A stretch of DNA of 59,426 nucleotides, the filler included, from Sphacelaria rigidula (lineage: Eukaryota), in assembly GCA_964200075.2 (NCBI GenBank). It is 5 parts of 5 records of this genome, joined end to end, with 100 filler letters (N's around TTAATTAATTAA, not from the genome) between each part and the next. Parts side by side here need not be neighbours in the genome. Positions count along the whole stretch, not along the records: positions 23,815 to 35,619 come from CAXNAA020004477.1; positions 35,720 to 47,523 come from CAXNAA020004478.1; 3 more parts are not named here. The stretch is one strand, 5' to 3'. Below the pieces are notes generated by a model, which was not told the origin of the DNA, ran no database searches, and worked only from the letters and a program-made list of their open reading frames with translations. Shown in pieces: positions 26,146 through 38,700 of this stretch (positions within the stretch are counted from its first letter, which is position 1; each line of letters starts with the position of its first letter). Made by a program: the position numbers and the translations under genes.

Positions 26146-28429
26146 TTGATAGAGATGTCTGCTACCAACAGCCACCACGATAACCACGGTAGCAGCACCA
26201 ACGCCGCCTCTGCAAACAATCCGCAGGGCAGCGACCCCCACCGCCCATCAGCAGGTCGAGCGGGTGATCTAGGGGCTGCTGCGCCCCGTCACCCCTACCA
26301 CCTACGCAGCGGCGTGCTCCCCGACATCCAGGGGAGCGGCAGTGGCGGTGGTGCTACCGGGGATCTCGACCCCCGCGCCCCCCCCCCAGCACCATGCACC
26401 ACAGAAGCCACGAGGATCTCGACCGTCGCTCCCCATCGACGCACCACAGGCAGGGCCACGGGGATACCAGACTCTCGACTTCCCGCTCTCGGAGCCGCCA
26501 CCGCTCTCGCTCCCGTTCACGGGCAGAGCGCCGTTCTCGCTCTCGCCCCCGCCGCCACCGCTCCCGCTCCCGTTCCCGCTCCCGCTCTCGCCACCGCCGC
26601 TACCGCCGAAACTCTCGCTCGCCCTCCCGCAGCAGGCGTCAACATTTTGCCATAAGGTGGGGATCCCGGGAACGTTGCCACCACCGGGAGGAGCACAGGG
26701 CGTACCAGCAGCAGGCGGATGCCGGTTGGCTAAGGCGCTGGGGTTGTGAAGCACCAGGAGCAGCAGCTGGAGCTGCGGTTCAAGGTCTGGAATATAACCA
26801 GCTGGGGAAGGTGAGCGAACGGGTACGTAGGCGTATTACGCGTGGTCGACCATGCCCAGTGTACGCAGGACCAAGTGCGGGGAAACTATCGGTTGTCAAC
26901 AGCGCTGTTGTGCTGCAACACCATATATGATCGACGCTGCGTGCAATGGACCAGGGAGTTTTGAAAATGCCGGAAGATGAATACGTCAACGGTAAGTGGG
27001 TAACACAGACAGATCAGTACTCCGCCCGCCGGTGCGACCTCCTGATCGAGTTGCTGGCAGAAACCAGCGGTACGTTTACGTCTTTAACCGCAGCGGATCG
27101 AGTAGACGTTTATCGTATCACGGGCGAAACTGACACCGTCCCACATAAAATCGTTACTATGACTGGCTGGCTACGGATCCTCGTCCGTGGAGAATTGATG
27201 ACGAACGGGGCTACTATGTTTATACACGCTGCACTAGACGACATCACCTTAGGTCCCAACAAAACGTGGAGTGCGGGGGCGCAACGGGTGTTGCTAGCAT
27301 TTCGTGCGAGTTTAGCAAACGCAGATCGATCATACAGTACCGAAGCCACGTATTTCTGGCGATATATCACCGCCCGGCAGCTAAGCGAACTATATGATCG
27401 TATTATCCGAGTCATTTTGCCTCACCCGGGTGATAGGCTAGGTCTAATGTCGATCCTCCATGAAAAGACACACGCAATCTGGACCAGGTTTCAGCCTCTG
27501 AAGAGAGAATGGCACAATCCTATCGGGTTAGCAATGCAAAGAAGGGGGGACGTAGCCAAGAGTCTTTACGAGGACTTCATACGTATCGTGTGCGCCCGCA
27601 ACGGGGCATATAGCGACGACAGTCACGCCCGCCCCCAACCGCGTACTAGCAACCGCGGCGTGGGACCTGATAGATTGTTTTCACTTGAGGAAGTAAGGAA
27701 CTTGCTGCAGTCGCCCCCGGAGGTCGCCGCAATGCTCCAGCAAACTAACCCGGGGTCACCTCTCTTCCCCGAAGTGCCGCCCGTCCTGTCGGCCCCTGCT
27801 GCGTCCTCTAGTCCTCAGGTGTTAGCCGGCCACCACTCGGCAGCACCTTCCGTCGCGGCGTTCAACAACCACCTGGCAGCCTCACCGGGCTCATACGGCG
27901 TTCCCTTCATGCAGCAAAGTTCGACACCCATCAACCCCGGTCCTCGCGCCACGACTCCGGGTCATGCCGTCGCACCCCGCGCGGCAGGTTTGCAGCACAA
28001 ACCCCCGTCACCGCCGTCTGGGAGCGCTTCACCGTCACCGACACCCGCCACATCCGCCCAGCCAGTTGGTCCGGCCTCGACTCCCGAACCATCCATATCG
28101 CTGATATCGGCGGGACGCTACGCAGTGGTTACCTTCTTACGTGATCGTACAATCTGCTTCTGTTAAGCTTTCACCGGCTCGTGCTGTCACCGGGACAACA
28201 CCCCCTGTCCCTGGGCGCACGGTATCATCCCCGCCGCACACTACAGCGGCCTACCGGCCCGCCGCAAGGCGGCCATTCCTCAACGCTGGCTAGCCGTGCT
28301 TTGGAGGCACACTACTTGGCGGCAATCGACCTGGGTCTCATCGGCGAAGGCGACGACGACGACGGCGAGGATATGCTGAGCGCATCCGTAGGCGAGGCCA
28401 CCGCTGGCGACACTCGAGCTGACACTTGA
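26146..28429 (+). pseudogene. gag: gag-like region of element 2 (ORFs 26146-26655, 26946-28166, 28181-28429)
   Basis: It lies between the leader and the protease. There is a helical 406-aa ORF with low-complexity Pro/Ala flanks but no unambiguous gag motif. Confidence 0.5.
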
Positions 28430-28516
28430 AAACGCGCCCCAGGTGCAATTGACCTGGGGAACCTTCGCCGACCCAGCGCCACAACAATATCCCAGCGTCG
28501 AGGAAGCCAACTTTGG

Positions 28517-31500
28517 GTGACGGGCGAGATCTGGCACGGACGGCGTCGTCGGCCGTGGTCGATAGAAGTCTTGTTGGACACGGGAGCGGGAGGTGGCAAC
28601 TACATGCCAGGAGCGTTATGGCGCAGCTTACGCAAGGCCAACATCTTGGACGACACGCCAAACCCTGAGGCGGCAGGTGTTCTCTGTCCGTCACAGCAGC
28701 TAACCCATCCCAGAGTAAGGTTCCCCCAATGCGCATAATCGGTTCCGTAACTATGCCCTTGCTTTTGACCTCCGACTCACGGGTCCGTAATGTACCAGTG
28801 CGAGTAGTGGAGGGCCTCCCGTACGGCTTCATTTTAGGTGCAGATAACGTTCGGTACAATAACAGTATCCTGGATTTCGCCCCAGGAAAAGGGCTCCGCC
28901 CCTCGCCAGCGGCACCGTGGATCCCGTTCCTGACAAGCGAAAATCCTACCTACCACATTCAAAATATATTAGTAGCTCTGTATACCGCGACGGAAACCAC
29001 CGCCTCCCTAGCTGCACCCGCTTGTCCGTCCATCCACAACTACCCCAGCTACCGTGACATAGCTTGGGAAGACGACAGCACCCTAGAGTGGAAGCTGCGC
29101 TGGGGTCGGATAAACGATCACGTTCAACGGCTTCGTCAGCGCCGCGGTAGAAACAGCCGCGATCGGTCCTCAACCACAGGATAGGCAGCTTGTGCTTGTA
29201 CTCCCACCGGCAAAGTTCGACCTGGACAAGGGGGCAGAGGTGGGGATCGCGAATGGAGTATCGTGGTGGCAGCCGGGGTCGCCGGTGTACAGCAAACTCG
29301 TAAATGGAAGTGAGGAGCAGGTAGCGGTGAAGGCTACTGGCACGGTCGCGCGTATGATAGCACTGAAGGCACGCGATCCCGCCAGGTTTCACTCACTGTT
29401 TGACCCCCATCCGTCTACGACAGACCCCCCCCGTGGACCCCCCACCCCGCGCCTCACGTTCAGACAGTAGTTTCTCGGCCCAACCAAATCCTAAGGTCAA
29501 CGTGAAGGACGCCAACATGGACCAGCTTGGAGCAGCGGAAACGAGAGAGCTGGTAGACACGCTGCTGAGCTTTATCGAGGCTGGATTGTTCCCCACAGAT
29601 CCCAAGCAGGTTCCCGCTTGTACCAACGGTGAGCTAGAACTCCCCCTAACTAACGAGTCATGTACGCCATTCGCAGCTAAGCAACGTCGATTTTCCCCGG
29701 AGGAGCGTCACATGATCCGCGAAGAGGTACACAAGCTTCTTGATCGCGGGATCACTCGACCCTCAACCTCCCCGTGGGCAGCCCAATGCCTATGCGTGAA
29801 GAAAAAAGACGGCACCTTGCGCTTGTGCATTGATTGGCGTGAACTGAACAAACTCTTAGTGTCGGACAGCGGGGGTCTCGGGAATATGCAATCCATTTTC
29901 GACGGCCTCAAAGGTCAGCGTTACTTCACCCAACTCGACCTGGCCTCCGGTTTTCACCAAATCGAGATCGCAGAGAAATATCGCTTCAAAACGGCGTTCC
30001 GAGATGCATATGGCCTCTTCTACGAGTTTACACGAGCGGGCTTCGGTCTACCAGCCGTCGGGTAAAAAGTACGGTAGGACAGTTGGATGGGATGTTCAAG
30101 TGGCTTGACAATATTCTTATCGCGACCACATCCTGGGACGAGCATCTAGCCCTACTCGCGATCGTGTGACAACGCTTGTTGGTCGCGGGATTCTCGGTGA
30201 ACTTCGCCAAGTGCATTTTTGCATCGGCGTCGCAAGAGTTTCTGGGCATGCTGGTAGATAGCAGCGACCTTCAACCCGCGCCATCCAAGCTCGCCGCCAT
30301 CGCCGAAATGCCCAGACTATCCTCCGTCGAGGAATTACGCACTTTTCTCGGCCTCACAGGATACCTGCGCCAGTTTGTTGAGAAATACAGCCTAGTAGCC
30401 GCCCCACTAACCGACCTGCTCCGCAACAAAGATCTCGCATCAAGATTTCGCATCCAAGCGTGCACGAAAGCTGTCCATACAGTGGAATACCGAGCAGGAA
30501 GAGGCGTTCCAAGTCCTCAAAGTGGCCTTGTCCTCGCCAAAGGTACTAGCCTTCCCCGATCCCAACAATTCGTATATACCGTAGACAGACCCGAGGGAGG
30601 TGGGGGCTGGGGCGGTGCTGCTACAGCCGGTGGGGTGCGAAACACTTATCGTATGATTTGGCAGTCATCGATTCTCTCGTAACGACTCGCGCAGAGCACC
30701 CACGACACGAGAGTGCATGGCTGTCTTGTGGGCTGTCCAACACTATAGACCATACTAGGCTGGAAGAAGGTTCACGTTGATCACGGATTTTTCGGCACTC
30801 GTATGGTTGTTCCGTAGCCGCGATCTCTGCCCCAAGTCACACAGGTGGGCCTTGCGGCTAATGGAGTATGGCATCGATCTCCAGTGGCGGGAGGGGTCCA
30901 AACATGTGCTGCCAGATGCATTGTCCCGACTCCCACACGCGAGTGATCCACAGCCCGACATCGATGACTCTTTTCCGGACGATTTCACGTCGGGCTCGCC
31001 GACAGGCTTTTTAGGCCCACAGGGGCCACAACTCGCGGGACAACGACTGTCGGAACTTCAACCAGAAGGAGCGGGTACGTCAGTGAGCGCAGGCACAGGT
31101 ATGCACTCATCGTCGAGTTCCAACAATCTACCGGACATCGCCACCCTGAGCTTACCCCCTTTCTCAGAATGCGCAGTCATCAATGATAACCAACCTGTGC
31201 GCCGTTCGACTCGTGCTCGCAGACCGTCAGTACGCCTGCAACCCCCCGATGCTGTGTATACAACACCCCTGCCCTTCACTCCTCAAGTAGTCGCCCCGAA
31301 TCCGCCCGCAGAGCCAACGCCGATTAAAGTACCGCTTTAGGTGCCGATACCGGATCATTCCGCCGACAACCGGTGAAAGGGTAGAAGTGGGTGAAGTGCT
31401 CCTAGCCGGGGGAGAAATTCCTACGGGGTTAACGGATCCGGACGTGATGGACACAACGGCGATCGGTCGTGCGCTACGGATCCTCACCAACGTGAGCAAT

Positions 31501-33272
31501 CTCCGGCACCACCAACAAAGAGATTCCTTTCTCAAACAGGTGCAGTCAGAGTTTGCGGGCAGCGAAACACCAGAGGCGGTGAGTGAAAGACGGTCAGACT
31601 ACGAAGCGGACGAGCAAGGTATACTGTGGTACTGAGCAGCCAACGATAAGGAGCTGCTAGCTGTGCCGAAAACGATGGTAGCTGACCTGTTGGCACTCGT
31701 GCATACACTCCATGGACATGTCGGAGTAGGCGGCACCCTTGCTCTGATATACGATCGCTTCCATTGGCCTACTATGACACGTAACACCAGACAGTACGTG
31801 CTATCGTGCAGCTGCTGTAGACGACGCAAGAAGGCAAGCAGCCGTCAAATGGCGATGAAATCGGGGCACACTTTACACCCATGGGCCGAGTTGGAGATCG
31901 ACTTACTAGACATTGGTGTGATGTCGCACTCGCGCAACAAGTACATCCTGCTGGTACTTGACCGCGCCTCCCGAGTGCCGCTCGGGTTTCCTCTGCCATC
32001 AAAGGAAGCGGACGACATCGCACGCCTCCTAGCAGAGGTATGCCTAACGTTTGGTGTCCCACAAATGATCCGCTGCGACAGGGGCAAAGAATTAAGGGCC
32101 GATGTCGTCACGCATCTGTGCAGGTGGTTGAAGGCGGACATCGCCTCTGGGCCGTCGGGCCACCCACGCGGTCAGGGAGCGGTCGAGCGACTTGGGGGAT
32201 GGCTGTTGGACATGCTATCGCAACTATGTAGGCTGTGGCCCCAGAGGTGGGGTGAGTATGTCTCACCCGCCCCCTGGATCAAGCGTGCATTGCCTGACAC
32301 ATCGCTTCCCTCTAACATGTCCTCTTTTGAGCTGCTGTTCGGCCGCGAACCGCGCACATCGCTAGACTCGCTCGTGTCCCTCCCACAAGAAGAAGAACCG
32401 AGCAAGGGACTAGATGCCTTCGTTAAACAGCGCAGACAGAACCGCCGTGAGGTTAGAATGGCGATGGACAAAAGGCAGGGGGCAAAAACAGCGTCGCGGG
32501 AGAAGAACAATGCAGCCATCTCGAGACCATCAGCAGGCGTGTCGGTCACGGAAGGGGATCTGGTAATGGTGAGGGAGAGTGAAAGCTCCACGAATCGAGA
32601 TGGCAGGGGCAGGAAGCTGCAGCACGACAGGTATACGGGACCTTGGGCGGTGAAAAGGTACGATGGTCGGACACAGTCTCGAGGTAGTGATGCAAGGACG
32701 AAAACTACGTACTCGCACAGTAGCCCCGTCTGATGTCAAACCGTACCATGTACGGCCGCCGCACTTGAGACACTCCATTGCCGACGAGTTCGCCCAGTTT
32801 GCATGGGGAGCGGACTTCAAGATATCGTCTTCGCCTAACTCCACACCCCGCTTCTTTACCCGAGTGAACCGCCGCGAGTGCAAACTGGGAGTATCAAGGA
32901 AGGACGCAGGAGGGGGCGACGTCAGAGTGGCTTCCGGAGAGCAAAGTCCTAGAAAGCTTCACACCTCTGCAACTGGATGGCTTCCACGCACTGTGGTGTC
33001 TTTACCATCCGGCCAAGACACCAAGTACGCCGTCTCGCCCGAGCACCCGCCAGCCCCCCCTGTCACGCAGTGACGCCCTGAACTTGTTTCCCATAGGTTT
33101 CACGTTCTGGAAGAATTTCGGTGGGGTCAAGCAGAGAGGACAAGTGTTCGACTACGGCAAGCGTCTCTAGAGAGTGCGATACAACGACGGGGACTGGGAG
33201 GAGTTGTCACGGAGAGAACTCCAACAGCTAGTGCAGTCGAGCGAGACGGCAACGCCGCCATTCACGAACTAG
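28517..33272 (+). pseudogene. pol: pol of element 2 (PR, RT, RH, IN, chromo-like, Tudor-like), with multiple frameshifts and stops
   Basis: PR LLDTGAG (28577). RT SPWAAQCLCVKKKDGTLRLCIDWRELN, FTQLDLASGFHQI, WLDN (30101). RH ITDFSALVWL...RWALRLMEY...DALSRLP. IN HTLHGHVG...CSCC, EIDLLD, LDRASR, CDRGKE, GAVERLG. YTGPW. C-terminal WEYQGR...SEWLPE and KNFGG...GQVFDY...VRYNDGDWEEL. Confidence 0.93.
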
Positions 33273-33865
33273 GAAGCGGCACAATTGAAAAAAAAAAGAG
33301 AAGGAGAAAGGCACTAGATGGGACAAAGCGTAGAGTATCAACCCTTCAGCACGGTACCTTTAGAGTGTGCCGTCTATATCCTGTTGTCTCCGGTTTTCTT
33401 TTTCTTTTCATATGTGTATAGTTGAGGAAGGAAATACGAGTCTTTTCTTGATTTTTTTTTCCCGTTTGTTTTCTCTTCCATTTTTCGTGTCTTTTTCCTT
33501 TTTTATTTTTACATATATATTCTGGCGAAGGGAGCTCGTTGTATTAGCCGTTTATTTTTATTTTTTCGTCTCCCCTGGGTTCCGTAAATGCTTTTGCTCG
33601 TTTTCTCTAGCCCTTTCTGGTCCTATATCGCCTACGCGGCTCCTCTGTTTCTTCACAGCTTGGTTTTCTTGTCCCGAATGGATGCGGAGTTGCGGTACCC
33701 TTTTCCTCGCGGTGTACTATTGCTTTACATATATATATATATATTCTATTTTTTCCCTCTTTGTTCCCTCTGTGGTCAGTCCTAGTTCCGCTTCATGTTT
33801 TTTTCTTTTGGTCTCCGTGAATGCGGGTCCGACTTTAGGGTGCCAACTCTTTTATAAAAAAAACA

Positions 33866-34891
33866 TGTCGTAGGATTAGCATTGTACAAGAAGGGTGGGC
33901 ACCGAGTACCAGCTGGACACTGTATCATGACAGAACTCTTGATCTAAGATGTAAAAGCCCCCGGTGTTCAGTAGGTCAGCGGTTGCTGGTCGACGGGAGA
34001 AGAGCCTACGCACTCCTATCAGCCAGCAAACGTATTGTGTTTTTTTAGTGAGTCAGCTTTTTGCGAGTCCCACACTACCCAGGATCGATTTAATCGATCA
34101 GGGGTGTCTAAGCGCCGTTACCACCTGAGGATAGTTTTTGACTCTTCTCCGTGGTTTCTGTTTCCAGTGTAACTGGGACCCCGGGACGACAAGGCACATA
34201 CGAAAGCACTCGCTATGATCCGAAAGGGCGTGAGACATTGTTTCTCCAAACGATGAGGCTTTCCCCCTGAATACCAGGTTTGGCCCATCGTTTGATTTCA
34301 TGACGAGTTTTTCTCGTGGTCATCGCTAGACCTGAAATTCCGCGGTTTTCTCGTCGATTTAAGGCTGACGGCCTGTATTTGAGTGGATCTTCTTTGGTAT
34401 GAAATAAGTCGTGACACTCCCTACTTTGCATTAAGCAGCGCACACAAAGCAAGAGAGGGGGATGTGACGACGGATATCAGTCGCTTATATAGAAGGCGTT
34501 CTCGATGTGCGTGATATGGGCGAAATGCCGTATTCCAGCTGTACGTTAGTCGGGTTATATTCCAGTCGGGTTCCGTAGTATCACCCCACGGCTGATCAGT
34601 CATGTTATAGCAACCGAGCAAGCCTAATAACAAAAGCTATCAGCCACACTGCTTGGAGACATTCCGCTTGCAAGCAAGTCAAGAGCACCTCTTCTGCACA
34701 CGAAAGTGAATCCCTGCTTGGCCTTATGATGCAGTGCTGATCGGACTCAATGGTCTGTTACGCACGAGCCCGAGGGTCACTCTGCTCGACTGCAATCGTT
34801 TACTATAGCCAGCCGCTGACCTCGTGTCACCCCTGACCTAGTATGCTCTTCGAGGGTGGCACCAGTATCACCTCATGATCAGACCACGACA
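33866..34891 (+). repeat. 3' LTR of element 2 (1026 bp)
   Basis: TGTCGT...ACGACA inverted termini, preceded by an A-rich purine tract. Its 3' end duplicates 23815-24003. Confidence 0.9.
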
Positions 34892-35538
34892 CACCCCCAA
34901 CTGGCCTGTGGCACGCTGTTGTGGTCGGGCGCCTGGATAGTCACATATGTCATATCGGGGAAAATCAACGATGAGTAACACCCCCCATGGTCAAATTGGA
35001 TCTGTTATTATTGCCGCAGCACCGCCCTTGCTAGCATGTGCGTGACAGAGAACAGTAGTAGCGATGACGGGAACATTGCCGTGTTTTTCAACGACATATT
35101 TTTCAGCGCACAGAGGCGCGTCCCGTCCAGAAAGAGAGGCAGAGTGAAATCGATCTTTGCATTGGTGAGGTCCACAGGTGAGAAGAAACGAAACCTCTCT
35201 GCAGCTCGATATTCTGGCACGCGGAAAATTGGGCACATGCTGGTAATATCGATGATGCCAGCCTCTCGAGCGATTGGTAACCGCCGAGCGAGGACACACA
35301 AAGGACACGGGCGAGGAGCTTCCTCTCTGTCGTTGCTTCTCTCCCTGATGATATCGTCATCGACCCGCGTGTACACCGCATTCGTTGGGTGCACCTAGCC
35401 ACAACTGATTCACTGCTGCAGAGTTCCGGGGGGAAAGATGCTTTGGCTATATGTAACTGTTTCGCGTCATCCCTGCAGAACGATATGCCACTTGAACCTC
35501 ACTTCTGAGATCGACCCCAATTTTCAGGATCCACTATT

Positions 35539-35619
35539 AACAGCAACTTGTGCGAATTGAGGTTTACCTTTGAGATGAGGCTCAAGCCTAAAACAGTGTT
35601 TTCCCCACACTTTCAGCGA
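35539..35619 (+). repeat. Contig-end repeat (same family as 1-60 and 47440-47523)
   Basis: gaattgaggtttacctttgagatgaggctcaagcctaaaacagtg...cacactttcagcga. Confidence 0.8.
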
Positions 35620-35719
35620 NNNNNNNNNNNNNNNNNNNNNNNNNNNNNNNNNNNNNNNNNNNNTTAATTAATTAANNNNNNNNNNNNNNNNNNNNNNNNN
35701 NNNNNNNNNNNNNNNNNNN
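35620..35719. other. Artificial contig spacer
   Basis: N44-TTAATTAATTAA-N44. Confidence 0.98.
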
Positions 35720-35864
35720 TTGCCGGGCTGCGAGTGCCGCGGTGCGGCGCGCTGCGCCGCCCGCGCGATTCCGACGGGGCCGGCCTTCGTGTCCGAACTT
35801 TGTTCTCTCGACAGACTCTTGGGCAGACCAAGAATCAATGTTACGCTGTCAGATGCCTGTGCGT

Positions 35865-36215
35865 ATGTATGTTGTCTCACTTCTTCTGGACGCCGGTCTA
35901 CACCTTTCGGTGTATGTGGGCGCACCAGCCGGGGTTACACAGGAGAATGGCCAACACAGGAGTGTTTTCTTTCTTGTTTATTCCTCGTTCTCTACCTTCC
36001 TTCTGCGGCGCTTGCCTTTTTTTCATCACGTGAGGGCAGGCTCGGCAGTCCCCTTCTTCCCTCGTCCACCATTGAGTCCAATTCTGTGTACATAGTCGAT
36101 CTCCACTCTGGTGGGCGTTATGTGAGAAAAAGTCCTGGATCGCTCACAGATTCGAACCCACGACCCAACCGTCACAAAGTTTTGAGGTTTCCAACTGAGC
36201 CACCGGGGCGACGGG
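35865..36215 (-). mobile_element. tRNA-derived SINE copy
   Basis: The reverse complement begins cccgtcgccccggtggctcagttgg (A box) ... gggttcgaatc (B box). The body is homologous to 38343-38700. Confidence 0.75.
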
Positions 36216-37427
36216 CTACCTATGTCAGGAAATTATATCATAAAATGAGGTTGAACATGAGGGCAATTGGGCTTGAACTCCGAAACAGTGCATTCCCAGA
36301 GGGCGTATGTGTATCAGGGCGTGTCTTTTAATCATATCATATTTCAATCGTAACGGTGGAAAACAATTTTCGAGCCTCCAGAGGAATTCAACGCCTCCAG
36401 AGGGTGCGCGGCCCTCCAGAGGGGTGGGATGAAAGGCCTTCAGAGGCTTGTTTTGCCTCTGGAAGGCCGCGCATCCCTCTGGAGGAATTCGGATGATGCA
36501 CGGCCCTCCGGAGCACCATCTTCTATGGTACTCTCGAGGGGTTCAGACCTCAGAAGTCACTGAAGCACCAGATGGCCTCCAGAGAATTCGATTAATGACC
36601 GCACCTGGGGATTAAATGCCCTCTACAGGCCGGTTCACACCCATCGCCCAAACATTTGTTATCATCAGCAGATGCCTTTCGCAATATCTACGCAATAGTC
36701 GCATGCATGATGTCATACTGACCGTCATGGATAGCTAAAGAGCATGACATAGCCGGATTTGTGTGTAAGGCCATAGTGGTCAGTATGCCACATATTCTGG
36801 AAGTAAGTGTCCATTTAGGCCTATTTCACCCTAAAAGTGGTATCACGATAGTATCGCGATAGAAAGACAAATTTCTCCATTGCGATGTTATCGCGATGGA
36901 CAGAAATGGCCAGGATTGGCATCGCAATAGCATTGCGATAGGCAGGAATTACTTTCTTCTATCGCCATAATATCGCGAGAGAAAAAAAGTCATTCCTTTC
37001 CATCACGATGCTATCGCGATAGCATCGTTTACGACCAGGGAAAATCAAATCAAGGCAAATCGTCTGGTCCTACATATTTCCTCGTGAAAATGTTTAATGT
37101 CGCCAGTGGTCGTTGCAAGAAACTGTGTGTGATCCTGTGGCAGATAGTATCGGTAAAAAAATGCAATTTCTTTCTATCGTGATGGTATCGCGATGGTATC
37201 GCGATGCTATCCGAGCACAATTTCCCTATCGCGATACTGTCGCGGTACCATCGCGATAGGGAAATTTAGCCTAAAGGGGCCGTTCCGGAGTATGTAGGGG
37301 TCCCATAGTGGTAGCGCTAAGGATGAAAAGGTATATTGACCAATCAGCGCCCGTCAAATTGTTCCGAGACCGAAACTACAAATTCCAAGCCCAATTTTCA
37401 CCCATTCTCCACATGCTTTGAATCGTA

Positions 37428-37764
37428 CACACGCGGCCATTTGGCTACCTCCAAAACTCCTCCCGTTGGGTACACTTTTCGAGCCTCCAGAGTAAAGAAA
37501 ATGCCTCCGGAGTGGTGCGTGGCCCTCCAGAGGAGATTTTTTGGTTTCCTCCAGAGGGATTGAACGCCTCCGGAGGCTTATTCTTGCCTCTGGAGGGCCG
37601 CACATGCCCCCAAATTCCTGTGGAGGGGTGCGCGGCCCTCCGGGTCGTCGGTAGAGTTTGGTTTCCTCCAGAGGGAAGGAAGGCCTCCGGAGGCTTGTTT
37701 TCCCCCTGGGGGGCCGCGCACCCCTCCGGAGGCATTTTGGGGTGTGGCCAAATGGCCGCGTGTG
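37428..37764. mobile_element. CACAC-terminated MITE (CMC/EnSpm-like) with internal cctccggagg repeats
   Basis: TIRs cacacgcggccatttggc / gccaaatggccgcgtgtg, with 2-bp flanks TA/TA. A second copy is at 42007-42618 (TT/TT) and a fragment at ~36365-36515. Confidence 0.7.
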
Positions 37765-38342
37765 TAGTAACCGCCATCGGCTCGGGAATCTAACGAAAAA
37801 AACACAGTTTGAAACGGTTATTACTACGGGCTTCGAACTATACCCGAAACCGTGATGTTTCGGTGATGTCGGGTGTTGGCGTCGTCTTTTTTCTACTTAT
37901 AATAAGCACGAAAGACCCAGGGAGCCTCGTGACAGTGTCCCCTATATCTGGTGTAGAAAAGCTCAGATCGCCCTCAAACTTGGCAGTTCCGTAGGTATTG
38001 ATGTTTCAAGTGGAGAAATTGAATTTTTGACAATATCTGAAAGTTTCTCCGTTCTCTACCGGCTTCGTGGGGTCCCAGTATGGGGACCCCTAAATATTCT
38101 GGAACGGTCCCTTTAGGCTAAATTTTCCTATCGCGATGGTATCACGATAGCATCGCTATACAAAAACGCAAAATTTCTCTATCGCGATGGTATTGCGATA
38201 GTATCACGTTGCCATCCAAATAGAGATAATATTTGGCTTGGATAGCATCGCGATACCATCGCGATACCATCGCGACAGAGAGAAATTACATTTTTTTTTA
38301 TGGTGATACTATCACGATACACCTAATTTACTTGCTCAATCT

Positions 38343-38700
38343 GGTCGCCCCGGTGGCTCAGTTGGTAACATCGTAACCTTCTGATGGTTGAGTAGGGGGG
38401 TTCGATTCCTAGAGCGATCTGGGATTTTTCTTACACCATGCCCAACAATGGAGAGCGACCATGTCGTGGGTACACAAAATTCAACTTGACGGTCGACGAG
38501 GGAAAGAGACTGCTGAACCCCTCTCGCGATAAAAAATATATGAAAGGCAAGCATCGCAGAAAGAAGGTGGGGTACTAAAAACAAGTAAAAAAGACAAAGC
38601 TCCTGTGTTGACCTTCCTCCTGTGTGACCCCGGCTGATGCGCCCACATATACCGAAATGTGTAAACTGGCGCCCAGAGTACATGAGACGACAACACAATC
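38343..38700 (+). mobile_element. tRNA-derived SINE copy
   Basis: gccccggTGGCTCAGTTGG...GGTTCGATTCC gives Pol III A/B boxes, followed by a ~290-nt non-tRNA body shared with 35865-36215. A partial third copy is at ~42850-42950. Confidence 0.78.

Larger units (their letters stand above)
23815..34891 (+). mobile_element. Ty3/Gypsy LTR retrotransposon 2, decayed coding region; 5' LTR truncated by the contig start
   Basis: Direct terminal repeats (23815-24003 = 34703-34891) flank gag-PR-RT-RH-IN ORF fragments. Confidence 0.95.

Noticed and set aside
26394-26930. RS-rich ORF resembling an SR splicing factor
   Set aside because: It is an alternative frame of the Ala/Pro low-complexity gag region and has no RRM.
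33367-33873. 168-aa Phe-rich 'membrane' ORF as an env-like gene
   Set aside because: It arises from T-rich low-complexity 3' UTR sequence, with no ATG context or env features.
37360-37370. tgttccgagac identical to the start of the element 1 LTR
   Set aside because: Similarity stops after 11 nt, so it is probably chance.
38343-38415. tRNA gene
   Set aside because: It has A/B boxes but no convincing acceptor stem or anticodon arm, and it continues into a body shared by dispersed copies, so it is called a SINE head.
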